In this document: piece by piece, positions 54,910-64,000 of the stretch
Position numbering within the stretch: the first letter of the stretch is position 1
Layout of the letters: every line of letters begins with the position of its first letter
Virus record (IMG/VR): IMGVR_UViG_3300035681_000018
Coordinates: 6,616-70,615 of that record
Reading direction: 5' to 3' (one strand)
DNA from: a virus
Length of the DNA stretch: 64,000 nucleotides
Program-made: the position numbers and the translations under genes
Notes under the pieces: generated by a model
Databases searched by the model: none
Seen by the model: only the letters and a program-made list of their open reading frames with translations
Told to the model about the DNA's origin: nothing

Positions 54910-56076
54910 TCAACGTTTGGTGTATTGGTTTAAAAGGTTTTGGAACTCTTTTGGACTCATGTTTTTAAAACGAGGATCAGCAAAGTTCAGAGGCGGGTCA
55001 CCTTCTCCACCAATAAAACCAGGGCCTGCGGGATTCAACATGGCGTCTGCCATTGGTACGGCGGGTGTGGGGCCTTGAGTAGCTTGGTTCCAAGTGAATT
55101 CAGCTCGCTTTTCCAGGGATGGAAGTTCTTGGATACCAATACCGCGTTGAATGGCATCGTAGCCAACAGCACCTGGTTTTACTTGGGAAGCAAGGCCACC
55201 AGGGGCGCCATACTTTGCTGCCCAGATTGCCATGCCTTGGTCACGTACCTTAGCACGCTCATCAGCAATCGCTTGCTTTTGCATGTCAGGGTTAGCTTTC
55301 ACCATCGCCTCAACCCTGGCACGCTCCCGTTCGTACTCACGGTTTTGTGCAGCGTACGGATCAATAGGTGCGAAAGAACCTGCACCGGAAAAGCCACCCC
55401 CTCCACCTTGTGCTGCTCCTGGAGAACGTGGTGCAGTGTCTTGAATAAAACGACCTTGCGTTCCAGGGGCGTTAAGAGAGTTTAAAGTGGCGCTACTTCC
55501 AGTTCCATTCAATAATTGCCAACCGTAATCATCGCCACCCCAATAGACAGGTTTACCGTTTAATACGGCTTGCGTGCCGACAGGCCTTGATCCACTGGTC
55601 TTACTAGAAGGTCTTGTATTAGGAATAAAAGGAGCAGCTAAAAACCCTAAAGGAGTTGCCATTTCTAATGCGCCACCCCACCCTTTGTTTTCTTGCTCTT
55701 TCCCAAACTGTTGGATAGCTTGCGGTGTAATTTGCCCAAAAAATCTATCAACTGCGGGGCCAACTCTGTTTAATGCGCCTTCGATTTGATCAGTAGCGGC
55801 AATTCCAACTCCCAAAGCACCGCCACCAACAACTGCAGTGCCCCCTACAGCATAAGGAGAAACCCCTTTTGTTGCTACTCTTGCCGGAGGTGAGGGTAGT
55901 CCAGGGGCTTGTACGGGTCTACCCGGAAAACTCCGAAGAGGTTGAGTCGGAGTAAATCTAGTTGGAAGATCACGAGGTCCCAACTTTCCTACAGACCTAT
56001 TAAGAACAGGTGCGATTAAATCACCGCCCTTTTTCTTCATTGCTTGTTGCAATAACTGCTGTATAAAATTGGGCAT
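54910..56076 (-). CDS. putative internal virion protein
   Basis: Gly/Ala/Pro-rich; GGAGG SD. Confidence 0.65.
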   Translation of the reverse strand: MPNFIQQLLQQAMKKKGGDLIAPVLNRSVGKLGPRDLPTRFTPTQPLRSFPGRPVQAPGLPSPPARVATKGVSPYAVGGTAVVGGGALGVGIAATDQIEGALNRVGPAVDRFFGQITPQAIQQFGKEQENKGWGGALEMATPLGFLAAPFIPNTRPSSKTSGSRPVGTQAVLNGKPVYWGGDDYGWQLLNGTGSSATLNSLNAPGTQGRFIQDTAPRSPGAAQGGGGGFSGAGSFAPIDPYAAQNREYERERARVEAMVKANPDMQKQAIADERAKVRDQGMAIWAAKYGAPGGLASQVKPGAVGYDAIQRGIGIQELPSLEKRAEFTWNQATQGPTPAVPMADAMLNPAGPGFIGGEGDPPLNFADPRFKNMSPKEFQNLLNQYTKR

Positions 56077-56078
56077 AC

Positions 56079-56540
56079 TTACCTCCAAACCTCATGTAAA
56101 TAAATGCGTGAACCAACAGCAGTGTCGGCAGGACCAGGTAATGCCTGGATGAATTCAGCACCAGAACGTTCGTAACGATAACGAGCCTGGAACGGATCTT
56201 TGTAGTTTGGAACGTAAAGAATCTGCGCAAGTCGATTGGTTTCGTAGAGATAAATCTCGTCCCAAACCTTCAAAGATTCCCTGGCATTGCTGGAGCGAAT
56301 CGTACGATCCACATCACCAACGATGTTTTCAATACGAGTAGAAGGCGAAGTAGCAACTTCGGTTTTCTTCTCGGCAGTATCGCAACGACCAAGTTGAATA
56401 ATAACTTTGTCGTAGAAGTATGAATCTGGGATAGTATTCATAGCTTCTTCAAGTCGGCTGTAGTCTCCTGCAGGCACAGTAACTGTAAAGTATCCTAAAT
56501 GATACCTCACCCTACTCTTATCAAAATCAGATAAATGCAC
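56079..56540 (-). CDS. putative head-tail connector
   Basis: GTG start MHLSDFDKSRVRYHLGY after AGGA; position in head module. Confidence 0.55.
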   Translation of the reverse strand: MHLSDFDKSRVRYHLGYFTVTVPAGDYSRLEEAMNTIPDSYFYDKVIIQLGRCDTAEKKTEVATSPSTRIENIVGDVDRTIRSSNARESLKVWDEIYLYETNRLAQILYVPNYKDPFQARYRYERSGAEFIQALPGPADTAVGSRIYLHEVWR

Positions 56541-56581
56541 AGCCGTCGTTCCTGTATACTTATTGTAAAACAAAAAACCCA

Positions 56582-57076
56582 GTGGAAACCCGTCAACTCA
56601 ACCCGCTAACCGGAAAGCCTTTTAAGTTTGGAGACGTGCGTGAAGACGGGTTTATTTTCCGACAGTGGGGTAAACTTCGAGCAGACGGCTACAGACAACC
56701 CCTTTGGATGTCGCCCGAAGCATTTGCACGTAATCGAAAACAATGCAAAGAACAACAAAGGATAAAAACAAAAGAACTAAGAAAGTGGTTAAACACAGTA
56801 AAATTATTCTATGGATGTGCTGTATGTGGTTACAATAAAATTGCGGAAGGTTTAGATTTTGACCACCTTGAAAATAAAAAATTTAATATAGGCGGAGAAG
56901 TAAAAACTAGCAAAGAACGCTTACTTAAAGAAATACAAAAATGCCAAATACTTTGCGGCACATGCCATAATATTAAAACGCGCGCACCAATTAGTTATTG
57001 CACGCTTCGCAAAAAAGATAATGAAGAAAAACCAATTGATATATTTTTGTTTTTAGAACACGAGAAACGCATATGA
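56582..57076 (+). CDS. HNH endonuclease (antisense insertion)
   Basis: GCAVCGY....LDFDH...EIQKCQILCGTCH. Confidence 0.8.
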   Translation: METRQLNPLTGKPFKFGDVREDGFIFRQWGKLRADGYRQPLWMSPEAFARNRKQCKEQQRIKTKELRKWLNTVKLFYGCAVCGYNKIAEGLDFDHLENKKFNIGGEVKTSKERLLKEIQKCQILCGTCHNIKTRAPISYCTLRKKDNEEKPIDIFLFLEHEKRI

Positions 57077-57811
57077 TTACACATTCATTGGGTTTTGTAG
57101 AACTCCTAGGCCTCCCATTGCTTGCATCATTTGTTCCATCGTTGCACGATGATCTGTGCGTTGTGGGGGATTAAGTAATTGTTGCATCATTGTTGTTTGC
57201 ATTTGATCTTGCATATAACGTTTCAAAAAATCTTGTCGTGTTTCTGCAGTATTTGCATCAGTAGTAGCGCCTGGACTAACAACTTGACCAGTGGGAATTA
57301 AGACTTCAGTTTCTGTTTCAGGGCGATCAACGTTACCATGGCCAACGCGGAATACAACCTTACCACTAGGATCTAAAGCCTCAGAAAAATATCCATATCC
57401 TCCACCACTACCGCGACGAATCTTGCCGCCTGCAATGCCAGGTATGTAAATAGATGCGTCTTCTACAGCACCTTTATCAAACCTGCTTTTACCTTTAAAA
57501 GGTACATAGAAATCAAAAGAATCAAATCCAGGACTTTGACTATGAGCGTGCGCTGCTGCTGCTCTTTCTAGTAAATCAATTTTATCTGATAGATCTGCTG
57601 CTGTATTCCACCTCCTTCCAGCCACTGCGTTGTTTGAGAATTCTATTACGCGCCCATGAGAACCGTATTGGTTTGCCAATGCATCCATTGCTTTGACTTT
57701 CTCAATAGCAGGGAGCGACTTTAACGCTTTCCAATCAATGTGATAGGGAGAGCTGCCACCAATTTTATCACTAGGTCCTGTATATCCACTGCGATTAACA
57801 GAGTATGCCAT
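57077..57811 (-). CDS. putative virion protein
   Basis: 244 aa; GYGYFSE..GHG motif, Gln/Met-rich tail like 54017-54694. Confidence 0.6.
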   Translation of the reverse strand: MAYSVNRSGYTGPSDKIGGSSPYHIDWKALKSLPAIEKVKAMDALANQYGSHGRVIEFSNNAVAGRRWNTAADLSDKIDLLERAAAAHAHSQSPGFDSFDFYVPFKGKSRFDKGAVEDASIYIPGIAGGKIRRGSGGGYGYFSEALDPSGKVVFRVGHGNVDRPETETEVLIPTGQVVSPGATTDANTAETRQDFLKRYMQDQMQTTMMQQLLNPPQRTDHRATMEQMMQAMGGLGVLQNPMNV

Positions 57812-57837
57812 GTTGTTTTATTTCTTATTTTACGAGC

Positions 57838-57862
57838 AAAAAACCCCCGGTTTCCCAGGGGC
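57838..57862 (-). terminator. intrinsic terminator
   Basis: GCCCCTGG-GAAA-CCGGGGGT followed by TTTTT. Confidence 0.8.
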
Positions 57863-57879
57863 TAGATAGGAGATGAGTA

Positions 57880-58311
57880 TCAAACTCTGATCAAGTCTGC
57901 TGCTAAAACCGCGTCCCAATCAACCCGTTTAATTTGCTTTAACTGTTCAAGATTGTTAAACCTTTCACCCGATAAGGACATCTGAAGATCTTTAATTTCT
58001 CGAGCTGTTTTCAATCCGATACCCTTAATATGATCAGCGATCATTTGTGGGGTAGCGCCATTGATGTTAAGGCGTGTGTCCGGGGGGAAAGTACGTGGTT
58101 CTTCCTGCGATGCTTTATCTTTCACACGAAGAGTTTTTACTTTCTTCGTGGCTTCTTCATCAGGTGTGAGTTCAGTTTTGTAAGCGGTGTAAAGGCGACC
58201 GTCCTGGTCTTTGACCATGAACCAATCGCCTTGATCCCATTCGCTTACAATCTCAACACGTGCACCTGTCTTTTTATGCTGATAAAGCATATCTGCAGTT
58301 GGTGTAGACAT
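57880..58311 (-). CDS. helix-hairpin-helix (ComEA-like) domain protein
   Basis: LNINGAT...IKGIGLKTA.EI...F.NLEQL.QI. Confidence 0.7.
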   Translation of the reverse strand: MSTPTADMLYQHKKTGARVEIVSEWDQGDWFMVKDQDGRLYTAYKTELTPDEEATKKVKTLRVKDKASQEEPRTFPPDTRLNINGATPQMIADHIKGIGLKTAREIKDLQMSLSGERFNNLEQLKQIKRVDWDAVLAADLIRV

Positions 58312-58346
58312 AAGACCAGTTGTTCACTGGTCTTAGTTTAACCTAA

Positions 58347-59159
58347 TCAGCTAACAACGCGACCAGTGAGGTACATGTCAATATCTTCGTAACCAGGTGC
58401 AACATCAGGTTGGATGTAGCACACTTCCACAACCAGGTAACCAGCGCGGCTGGCGGCACTGTCAGCGGCAGAAATGTAGAAACCACCGGAAGTCGTGGTG
58501 CTATTGGCGGTTTCCTTAGCGAACACACGCATGGTAGTAGCAGCGGTCACCGGATAGTTCACCACAGCACCAGAAACACCAGCAGCGCCGGTAGCAGTCA
58601 GGAAGGGGTTGAAGCCATAACCGGCAGTACCACCAGCAAAGTAGATTTCGCCGGCTTGGGTACCAGAGACGGTGGAGGTCAGGTTAGCCTGAATCACAGC
58701 CTCACCAACGCCCGAAGCAGCAGTGGGGCTACCACCATTGCTACGACCGAAAGAAATCACGTTGCCAGTTGCAGCATACACACCAGAAGCAACGGTGCCA
58801 TCCCAACCGGAAGCCACGGAAATCGCAGTGCGATACACGTATGCAGGAAGGGTGGAGTCACCAGAGATCACCATGCCAGTGATGTTGGGACGAGTGTCGT
58901 CTTGGCGGTAAGGCGAAGGAACGATCACATCAGCGTTAGTGGTCACGGCAAGAGCGCCGGTGCCACCAGAAATGCCTACAACAGGCACATAACCACGCTG
59001 CTGGAAGTAACGGTAGCCAGGAGTAGCAAGCACCGAAGTAGGGCCTGCGTTGGAACCGGTGTCAGTACCAGCGGCGTTAGGGTTGATATTACGATACCAA
59101 CCGTTGAGTGCATTATTCCAGTTACCTGGATAAATCTTTTTAGCCGTTAAATAAGTCAT
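58347..59159 (-). CDS. capsid-associated/major structural protein
   Basis: Directly after MCP, strong codon bias, Gly/Ala/Thr-rich. Confidence 0.6.
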   Translation of the reverse strand: MTYLTAKKIYPGNWNNALNGWYRNINPNAAGTDTGSNAGPTSVLATPGYRYFQQRGYVPVVGISGGTGALAVTTNADVIVPSPYRQDDTRPNITGMVISGDSTLPAYVYRTAISVASGWDGTVASGVYAATGNVISFGRSNGGSPTAASGVGEAVIQANLTSTVSGTQAGEIYFAGGTAGYGFNPFLTATGAAGVSGAVVNYPVTAATTMRVFAKETANSTTTSGGFYISAADSAASRAGYLVVEVCYIQPDVAPGYEDIDMYLTGRVVS

Positions 59160-59186
59160 CTATCTTTCCAGATATGTTTGTTGTTA

Positions 59187-60353
59187 TCAGATGTTGCCGT
59201 CATCTTGGATGAAGCTGAACGCAGTGGTGATGAAATCGGTGTTAAGGATTTCGAAACCAGCGTAAAGTTGCCAGATCAGAATGATGAAGCGGCTGAAGTC
59301 GTCGTTGTTGTTGATCAGCACCTGAGCATTCGGGCCGCCGATACCAACGCCAACAGCTTGAGGACCGAAGAAGTAACCTTGGGCCACTTCACGAGAAGCA
59401 TAGGTACCACCAGTGCCATCGAAGGAAGCACTGATGCTCTTGCTTGGGAAGTTGGTCGATTCGAAGAACTTCACACCTTCGAACTGAACGCCGGTTGGCA
59501 TTACAGGTTCACCAGCCAGGAAGTAACCTTGACCAGCCTGGGGACCCATGTAGAAGCTGGCGTTGTTAGGCATCATGGGATTACCCATGTACATGCCTTG
59601 ACCAGGGTTACCAGCGTAACGAGCGATCTCACGGAAGTCAGGATCACGACGCAGGTGCATCATGAAGACGGGATCGCAGATGCAACGATACAGACCATCA
59701 GAGAAGGTCGGAACGTTACGCTTACGCAGGTCCTTAACAACGTTCAGCAGGTCGGTACGAACCTGGAATTGCTGAACATCAGCAGTGTACTCAGTGGCGG
59801 TGTAAGCAATACGACCAGAGGAATCTTTGGTCTTACCACCAGCAAAGTAGTAACCACCTTGCGAAGTAGAGGCGGCACCATTGGCTTCAGCTTTGGCGAG
59901 TTCATCAAGGAACACGCGGTCACGCCAACGGCGATAGTCGTCGAGCAGCGTCAAGCTACCGATCGACTGGTGGAACATGTTAAGGTTGCCGGAATCCAGA
60001 AGAAGGCGCTGTGCCGTAATCAGGGTTTCACGAGCAATCTTGAAGGTCGAAGGTTGAGTAGGATCACCCGGGTCCGCAGGACCGGTGTATTCCTTCAGCA
60101 CAACAAGCACTTTCTCTTTGGTGATGTTGCGGCTGTTGGCAGTACCGATAGTCTGGTCGGACACACGCTCACGGCTGTCCTTGGTACCAGGGGTACCCCA
60201 GAACTTATAGCGATCTAACTGAACGGTTTGACCAGGCTGCCGAGTGAAGTCATGAACGACCACAGGCTCGACTGCCATTTCTGCGATGTACGCAGGGTGG
60301 GGACGATAAAGCTCCGCACCTAAAATCTTGGGAAAGTCATTATCAATAAACAC
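59187..60353 (-). CDS. major capsid protein
   Basis: 388 aa, GGAGG SD, strong codon bias, PGQTVQLDRY, G..FEGVKFFES; follows scaffold. Confidence 0.8.
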   Translation of the reverse strand: MFIDNDFPKILGAELYRPHPAYIAEMAVEPVVVHDFTRQPGQTVQLDRYKFWGTPGTKDSRERVSDQTIGTANSRNITKEKVLVVLKEYTGPADPGDPTQPSTFKIARETLITAQRLLLDSGNLNMFHQSIGSLTLLDDYRRWRDRVFLDELAKAEANGAASTSQGGYYFAGGKTKDSSGRIAYTATEYTADVQQFQVRTDLLNVVKDLRKRNVPTFSDGLYRCICDPVFMMHLRRDPDFREIARYAGNPGQGMYMGNPMMPNNASFYMGPQAGQGYFLAGEPVMPTGVQFEGVKFFESTNFPSKSISASFDGTGGTYASREVAQGYFFGPQAVGVGIGGPNAQVLINNNDDFSRFIILIWQLYAGFEILNTDFITTAFSFIQDDGNI

Positions 60354-60462
60354 TTTGTTTCATCCTCCGTGTGATCGTCTAGGAAGTGTTTTTATCGGGT
60401 AAAAGATTCAGACATTTCCATGTCTTATCTATTAGAAATTTTAGCAGTTAGTAATTTAGTGA

Positions 60463-60909
60463 TTACATATACTGCAAGGTTGGCGTCGTATTGCGTGCCA
60501 GTAAGGTATTACTGGATCCATAACCCTCTGGATCCTTACCCTGAACAACGTTCATAACACCACCACCAATCGTGCCACCAAGTGCACCTGCACCAAGAAC
60601 ACCAATTCCAGTACCAAGTGCAAACTCAGCTTTAGGACTAGTAGAACCAGCCTTAACAAGTCTGCTCATGTAACCTGGCCCAAGAGTTGCCCCTACTCCT
60701 GCACCTAAAGCACCGGCGCCTAACGCTTCCGCAATTAGACGACCGGGACTTTTTTCTTGTGCTTGACCGGTAACAACGTTTCCAAGAGTGGCAAGACCAG
60801 CGGCGGCGGCACCTGCACCAAGAGTCGACAATGCTGGGTTCATTGCTGCATTTGTTAATGCCGCCTTACCCCTTGCGAGTAATGGATCAAACTTACCGGC
60901 CAGTTTCAT
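60463..60909 (-). CDS. Gly/Ala-rich hydrophobic protein
   Basis: Glycine-zipper-like segments. Confidence 0.6.
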   Translation of the reverse strand: MKLAGKFDPLLARGKAALTNAAMNPALSTLGAGAAAAGLATLGNVVTGQAQEKSPGRLIAEALGAGALGAGVGATLGPGYMSRLVKAGSTSPKAEFALGTGIGVLGAGALGGTIGGGVMNVVQGKDPEGYGSSNTLLARNTTPTLQYM

Positions 60910-60913
60910 TGCC

Positions 60914-61960
60914 TCACTCCATTACAAACAATTTGTTTGCAACGACTTGAGGTTGGGCTTGATTCAGTAAACGCCAAGCATTTGTGGGGTCCACATCCAT
61001 TTGGCTCTTAAAGCTGCCCCAGAAATTTTCAGGACGTTGAGGAGCAGATGCAGAAGGAGGTGCTGGCATGTACGGATTAATAGCTCCCACTGGTGCGGTG
61101 CGATAGCCAGGAGTCTCAAGTTCGGACTCACTTTCGTACACAGGGCATGGACCTTCAGGACCAAAGAACTGCAAGGTGTAATCGCTGAGAACATCAGGGT
61201 TCGTCAGGATTTCGTTATATGCAAGGTTCTCTTGGTGCTCGTTAACGGCAAAGTTTGCGTAACCGTTTAACAGTTGCAGTGCTTGTTCGTTCTCAACACG
61301 CTCGTTAACTGCAAAACTTGCATAATCAGTTAACAGACCTTGTGCTTGTTGGCCCCATGCAACAGCACTATCAAGCATACCCTCGAGATTAAGGGCATAT
61401 TGATTGAGAATTGCTGGAGCTTCCCAGCCGTAGTTATTTACGACGAACCGGCTTTCGTTGCTTAGGTTCAGACGATCCGCTACTGCTTGGCTCAACTCCT
61501 GGCTTACGTCCGGAGAGGAGGGAATCGAAGAAGTTTGGGAATAATTGGGCGAGTATGTCTGGTTGGCTTGCCAAGTCTGCGGAACCGATTGATACGTACC
61601 CTGGCCGTTGACCTGTCCGTAATTGGCCGGACTGTAGGTCGTCGGTGCTGATGGTTGACCCTGGAACGGGGATTGAACTGGGCTGCTCAGAAGGCCCACC
61701 ACCTTGTTGAACGCCGATTCCCATGGATTGCCCGTCGTCTCCGATTGGGATTGGGGGGCGTATTGAGACGGGTTTGATTGGTAATTGGGGGCCGCCTGTG
61801 GTACTGCTTGGGGGTAGCTCGTACCCACCTGATACGGGGCTGGTTGTCCCACTGGAGCTGTCGGTGCTGCTTGGTAGCTCGGCACCACGTAGCTGCTTGG
61901 AGCCACCGCTGCCGGAACTTGGCTCGTCTGTGGGATCGATTGGACGGTAGCGTCCTGCAT
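60914..61960 (-). CDS. putative capsid scaffolding protein
   Basis: Gln/Pro-rich N-half, helical C-half, AAGGAG SD, between portal and MCP. Confidence 0.6.
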   Translation of the reverse strand: MQDATVQSIPQTSQVPAAVAPSSYVVPSYQAAPTAPVGQPAPYQVGTSYPQAVPQAAPNYQSNPSQYAPQSQSETTGNPWESAFNKVVGLLSSPVQSPFQGQPSAPTTYSPANYGQVNGQGTYQSVPQTWQANQTYSPNYSQTSSIPSSPDVSQELSQAVADRLNLSNESRFVVNNYGWEAPAILNQYALNLEGMLDSAVAWGQQAQGLLTDYASFAVNERVENEQALQLLNGYANFAVNEHQENLAYNEILTNPDVLSDYTLQFFGPEGPCPVYESESELETPGYRTAPVGAINPYMPAPPSASAPQRPENFWGSFKSQMDVDPTNAWRLLNQAQPQVVANKLFVME

Positions 61961-63716
61961 AGCTCATCTCCTTTTGTAAAGCTTCTAAAGTTCGATACAG
62001 ATATGGCGTTAAATCCAATCTTGGATCCGCAGCCATCGGAAGATCCGGTGCTTGCGGGTGAGGAGTCTGCATCATGCCCCCCACTAGTTTAGAAAATGCA
62101 GCGTATGCACCCTGCAATTCGTTCACCATCCTGAACGGAAAGCCGGATAGCATTTCCGCTCTTTCCTCATCTGTTTTAGATGGGAAAAGATATTTCAGTG
62201 CTTCAATGCTATCAACCCCTAACTCTTGAAGGTTTCTTACAACAATTGAGTTGTTAAGAATATCTTGCGTCGAGTCCTCATAAACAGGGCCTAGCCAGCG
62301 CCACAGAACTGTTATGTCTCCGTCTGGAATTAACCCCACCACATTAGGCGGAATCATCTGTGTTTCGATGCACGCCATCATGATTTGCTTGAGCTTTTGC
62401 TCGTACATTTGCATGGCTTGCTTGTACATCTCTTGTTGTTCAGGAGGTGCTCCAGGTTCAAGTGCAACTGGCTTCTCAAGTTTTGCAGCTTGAGCTAACG
62501 TTGCTTTAAAGATTTGTTCTTCTTGGTAGATGATTAATTCAAAGCACCGACAAATACCATGCTCATAAATTGCGTTTGCTTTCTTCTTGGTTGTTGCCGC
62601 AACACGACCAAACAGTGATTTGTATTCAGTAGCGGTAACGCCTGCGGAAATAGAAAGTTCGTCAACGCCACCAAGGGCAGTACGAATCTCTTCTCGGTAT
62701 TGACGACCAAATGCATTTTGGTCTCCGGTGATTGCATCTGGAACAATGTAGCCAACGCGATCGTTTGGTTCCAGGTTTGCAATGACGCGTGGCACTCTGA
62801 TCTGTGCTTCCATGCCACGACTGACGGGATCTGCCTTGAACATGGATGCACTCATGGGGGATTGGCTAGCAAACCCTGAGTTAGCGGCAATCGAAGGACG
62901 CTGGATCGCCATGTCACCACCGGACTCCATGAGGTCGGTTTTGGGACGTGATGACAACAGCGTTGGGTTGCCAAAGAACGTGATGTTCTTACGCATCGTA
63001 CGCATCAATTCATCGTGCGTACAAATGGCATTGGCTAGTGCATCAAAGTCACCATGTCCTTCTGCGGAAAATCCCTGAGGATTGTTAGTGATTTCAACAC
63101 ATGGAATGAAGTTGAGTGTGTTTGGGAACTTCTTGGTATCACCCGTTAAGGTGTACGTGGGCATGTCAAAGTTAAGTTCAGATTCAGAATGAGTCTCTTC
63201 AATTGAATCTGCTTTGATTGACAAACGAATATATCTTTTTGCTCCGGGGCTATAAGCATTGTTAACACCGGGGGTATTGGTAAGACTCTTCATCTGGATG
63301 TCACCAAAGCCATTCATGGCCTTGCGCACCTTATAGCTGTAGATGATTACAACTTCGTCCAGTTCGCCATCAACGTTGTAATAGGAACGATATTCGTGTT
63401 TACGGAAATAATACAGACGGTAATTGTTCTTAGTAGGACGGATGTAAAAAAGTCCTTGGCCATCACAGATGAAATACTCCCAAATGGAATCAAGTCTCGT
63501 ATCAAGTTTGTTGTATTTGCAAACGCGATCAAGAAAATCTTTACGCTGTGAACCGAAGTTATCTTGGGATGGGAAGAATTCAACCCCTTGGCGAATACCA
63601 AAGAGTTTCATCTGTGCAATATGGGACGCAACAATGCCTGTGTCTACAACAACGCCACTATCTCGATCAAGATAAGCGTTGACAATTTCTTGAAGTCTGG
63701 CTTTAGCGTCCGCCAT
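61434..63716 (-). CDS. putative portal protein
   Basis: Size and position upstream of scaffold/MCP; FIPCVEI.N, ITFFGNPTL; long low-complexity tail. Confidence 0.6.
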   Translation of the reverse strand: MADAKARLQEIVNAYLDRDSGVVVDTGIVASHIAQMKLFGIRQGVEFFPSQDNFGSQRKDFLDRVCKYNKLDTRLDSIWEYFICDGQGLFYIRPTKNNYRLYYFRKHEYRSYYNVDGELDEVVIIYSYKVRKAMNGFGDIQMKSLTNTPGVNNAYSPGAKRYIRLSIKADSIEETHSESELNFDMPTYTLTGDTKKFPNTLNFIPCVEITNNPQGFSAEGHGDFDALANAICTHDELMRTMRKNITFFGNPTLLSSRPKTDLMESGGDMAIQRPSIAANSGFASQSPMSASMFKADPVSRGMEAQIRVPRVIANLEPNDRVGYIVPDAITGDQNAFGRQYREEIRTALGGVDELSISAGVTATEYKSLFGRVAATTKKKANAIYEHGICRCFELIIYQEEQIFKATLAQAAKLEKPVALEPGAPPEQQEMYKQAMQMYEQKLKQIMMACIETQMIPPNVVGLIPDGDITVLWRWLGPVYEDSTQDILNNSIVVRNLQELGVDSIEALKYLFPSKTDEERAEMLSGFPFRMVNELQGAYAAFSKLVGGMMQTPHPQAPDLPMAADPRLDLTPYLYRTLEALQKEMSYAGRYRPIDPTDEPSSGSGGSKQLRGAELPSSTDSSSGTTSPVSGGYELPPSSTTGGPQLPIKPVSIRPPIPIGDDGQSMGIGVQQGGGPSEQPSSIPVPGSTISTDDLQSGQLRTGQRPGYVSIGSADLASQPDILAQLFPNFFDSLLSGRKPGVEPSSSGSSEPKQRKPVRRK

Positions 63717-63751
63717 TATTTGCTTTGGTTATTGAGTAATACTAGCAGGTT

Positions 63752-64000
63752 TTAAGAAACCGTCATATTCGAAAAACCTGCGGGTAAAGTGCCGCGATAA
63801 AACGTTGCGTTTGCTGCGTTTGCACCGTTGGGTAGATAGCTCATCGCCGCACCATTCCCTGGGGCACTTGGGTCATAACGCCCACCCATCTGCGCCATAG
63901 CGCCGTAAAGATTGCTGGAACCAAACGGACTACCTGCCATTGGAAGCTGAGGGAATCCTGGGGCTCCTGGCATTGGCTGCGGTTGCCCTGGGCCATAGAC
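63752..64000 (-). CDS. 3' end of Pro/Gly-rich protein (start probably outside window)
   Basis: Track ORF 63752-63973; frame appears to extend to the window edge. Confidence 0.5.
   Translation of the reverse strand, partial: VYGPGQPQPMPGAPGFPQLPMAGSPFGSSNLYGAMAQMGGRYDPSAPGNGAAMSYLPNGANAANATFYRGTLPAGFSNMTVS

Noticed and set aside
56990-57005. Possible orphan start remnant (GTG CAA TAA) of the 56079-56540 gene beyond the HNH insertion
   Set aside because: Only ~6 nt of similarity; indistinguishable from chance.
58410-60218. Long + strand ORFs (246 and 346 aa) opposite the capsid genes; similar ORFs at 39817-40401, 52710-53282 and 54940-55485
   Set aside because: Antisense shadows caused by codon bias of the real - strand genes; no SD or recognisable motifs.
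1-64000. purZ, psbA/hli, integrase, terminase, RNA polymerase, reverse transcriptase/DGR
   Set aside because: No corresponding motifs were recognised in this window; some may lie outside it.

Overview
This is a 64-kb segment of a tailed dsDNA cyanophage, probably infecting a freshwater Synechococcus/Cyanobium-type host. The host inference rests on NblA-, CP12-, DUF4278- and Dps-like genes and on NtcA and LexA-type boxes. The left ~21 kb (+ strand) holds small early genes, a PcfJ-domain protein, tRNA-Leu, thyX, a T7-like family-A DNA polymerase, SSB and a Gp157-like protein. The middle holds a tRNA/ncRNA cluster, an exonuclease, a primase-helicase, speD, a glycosyltransferase, lysis genes, a tail fibre and dcd. 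The right part (- strand) holds virion genes, major capsid, scaffold and putative portal. About ten HNH/EndoVII endonuclease genes are scattered through the window, and several left duplicated remnants of their target genes. The strongest finding is a conserved DUF5872-like gene (24260-24571, -) interrupted by a 27-nt stop-containing insert between matched UCG codons (UCG|UAGCC-GUAA-GGCUA-ACUA-AUUAUU-UCG). The insert closely mirrors the T4 gene 60 ribosomal bypass gap and sits directly beside a homing endonuclease, so it is a candidate minimal endonuclease + ribosome-hop mobile cassette. The second is a 28-nt H-type pseudoknot with fully covarying stem 2, present in four gene leaders including ssb. 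All family assignments come from motif recognition by eye; no searches were run.
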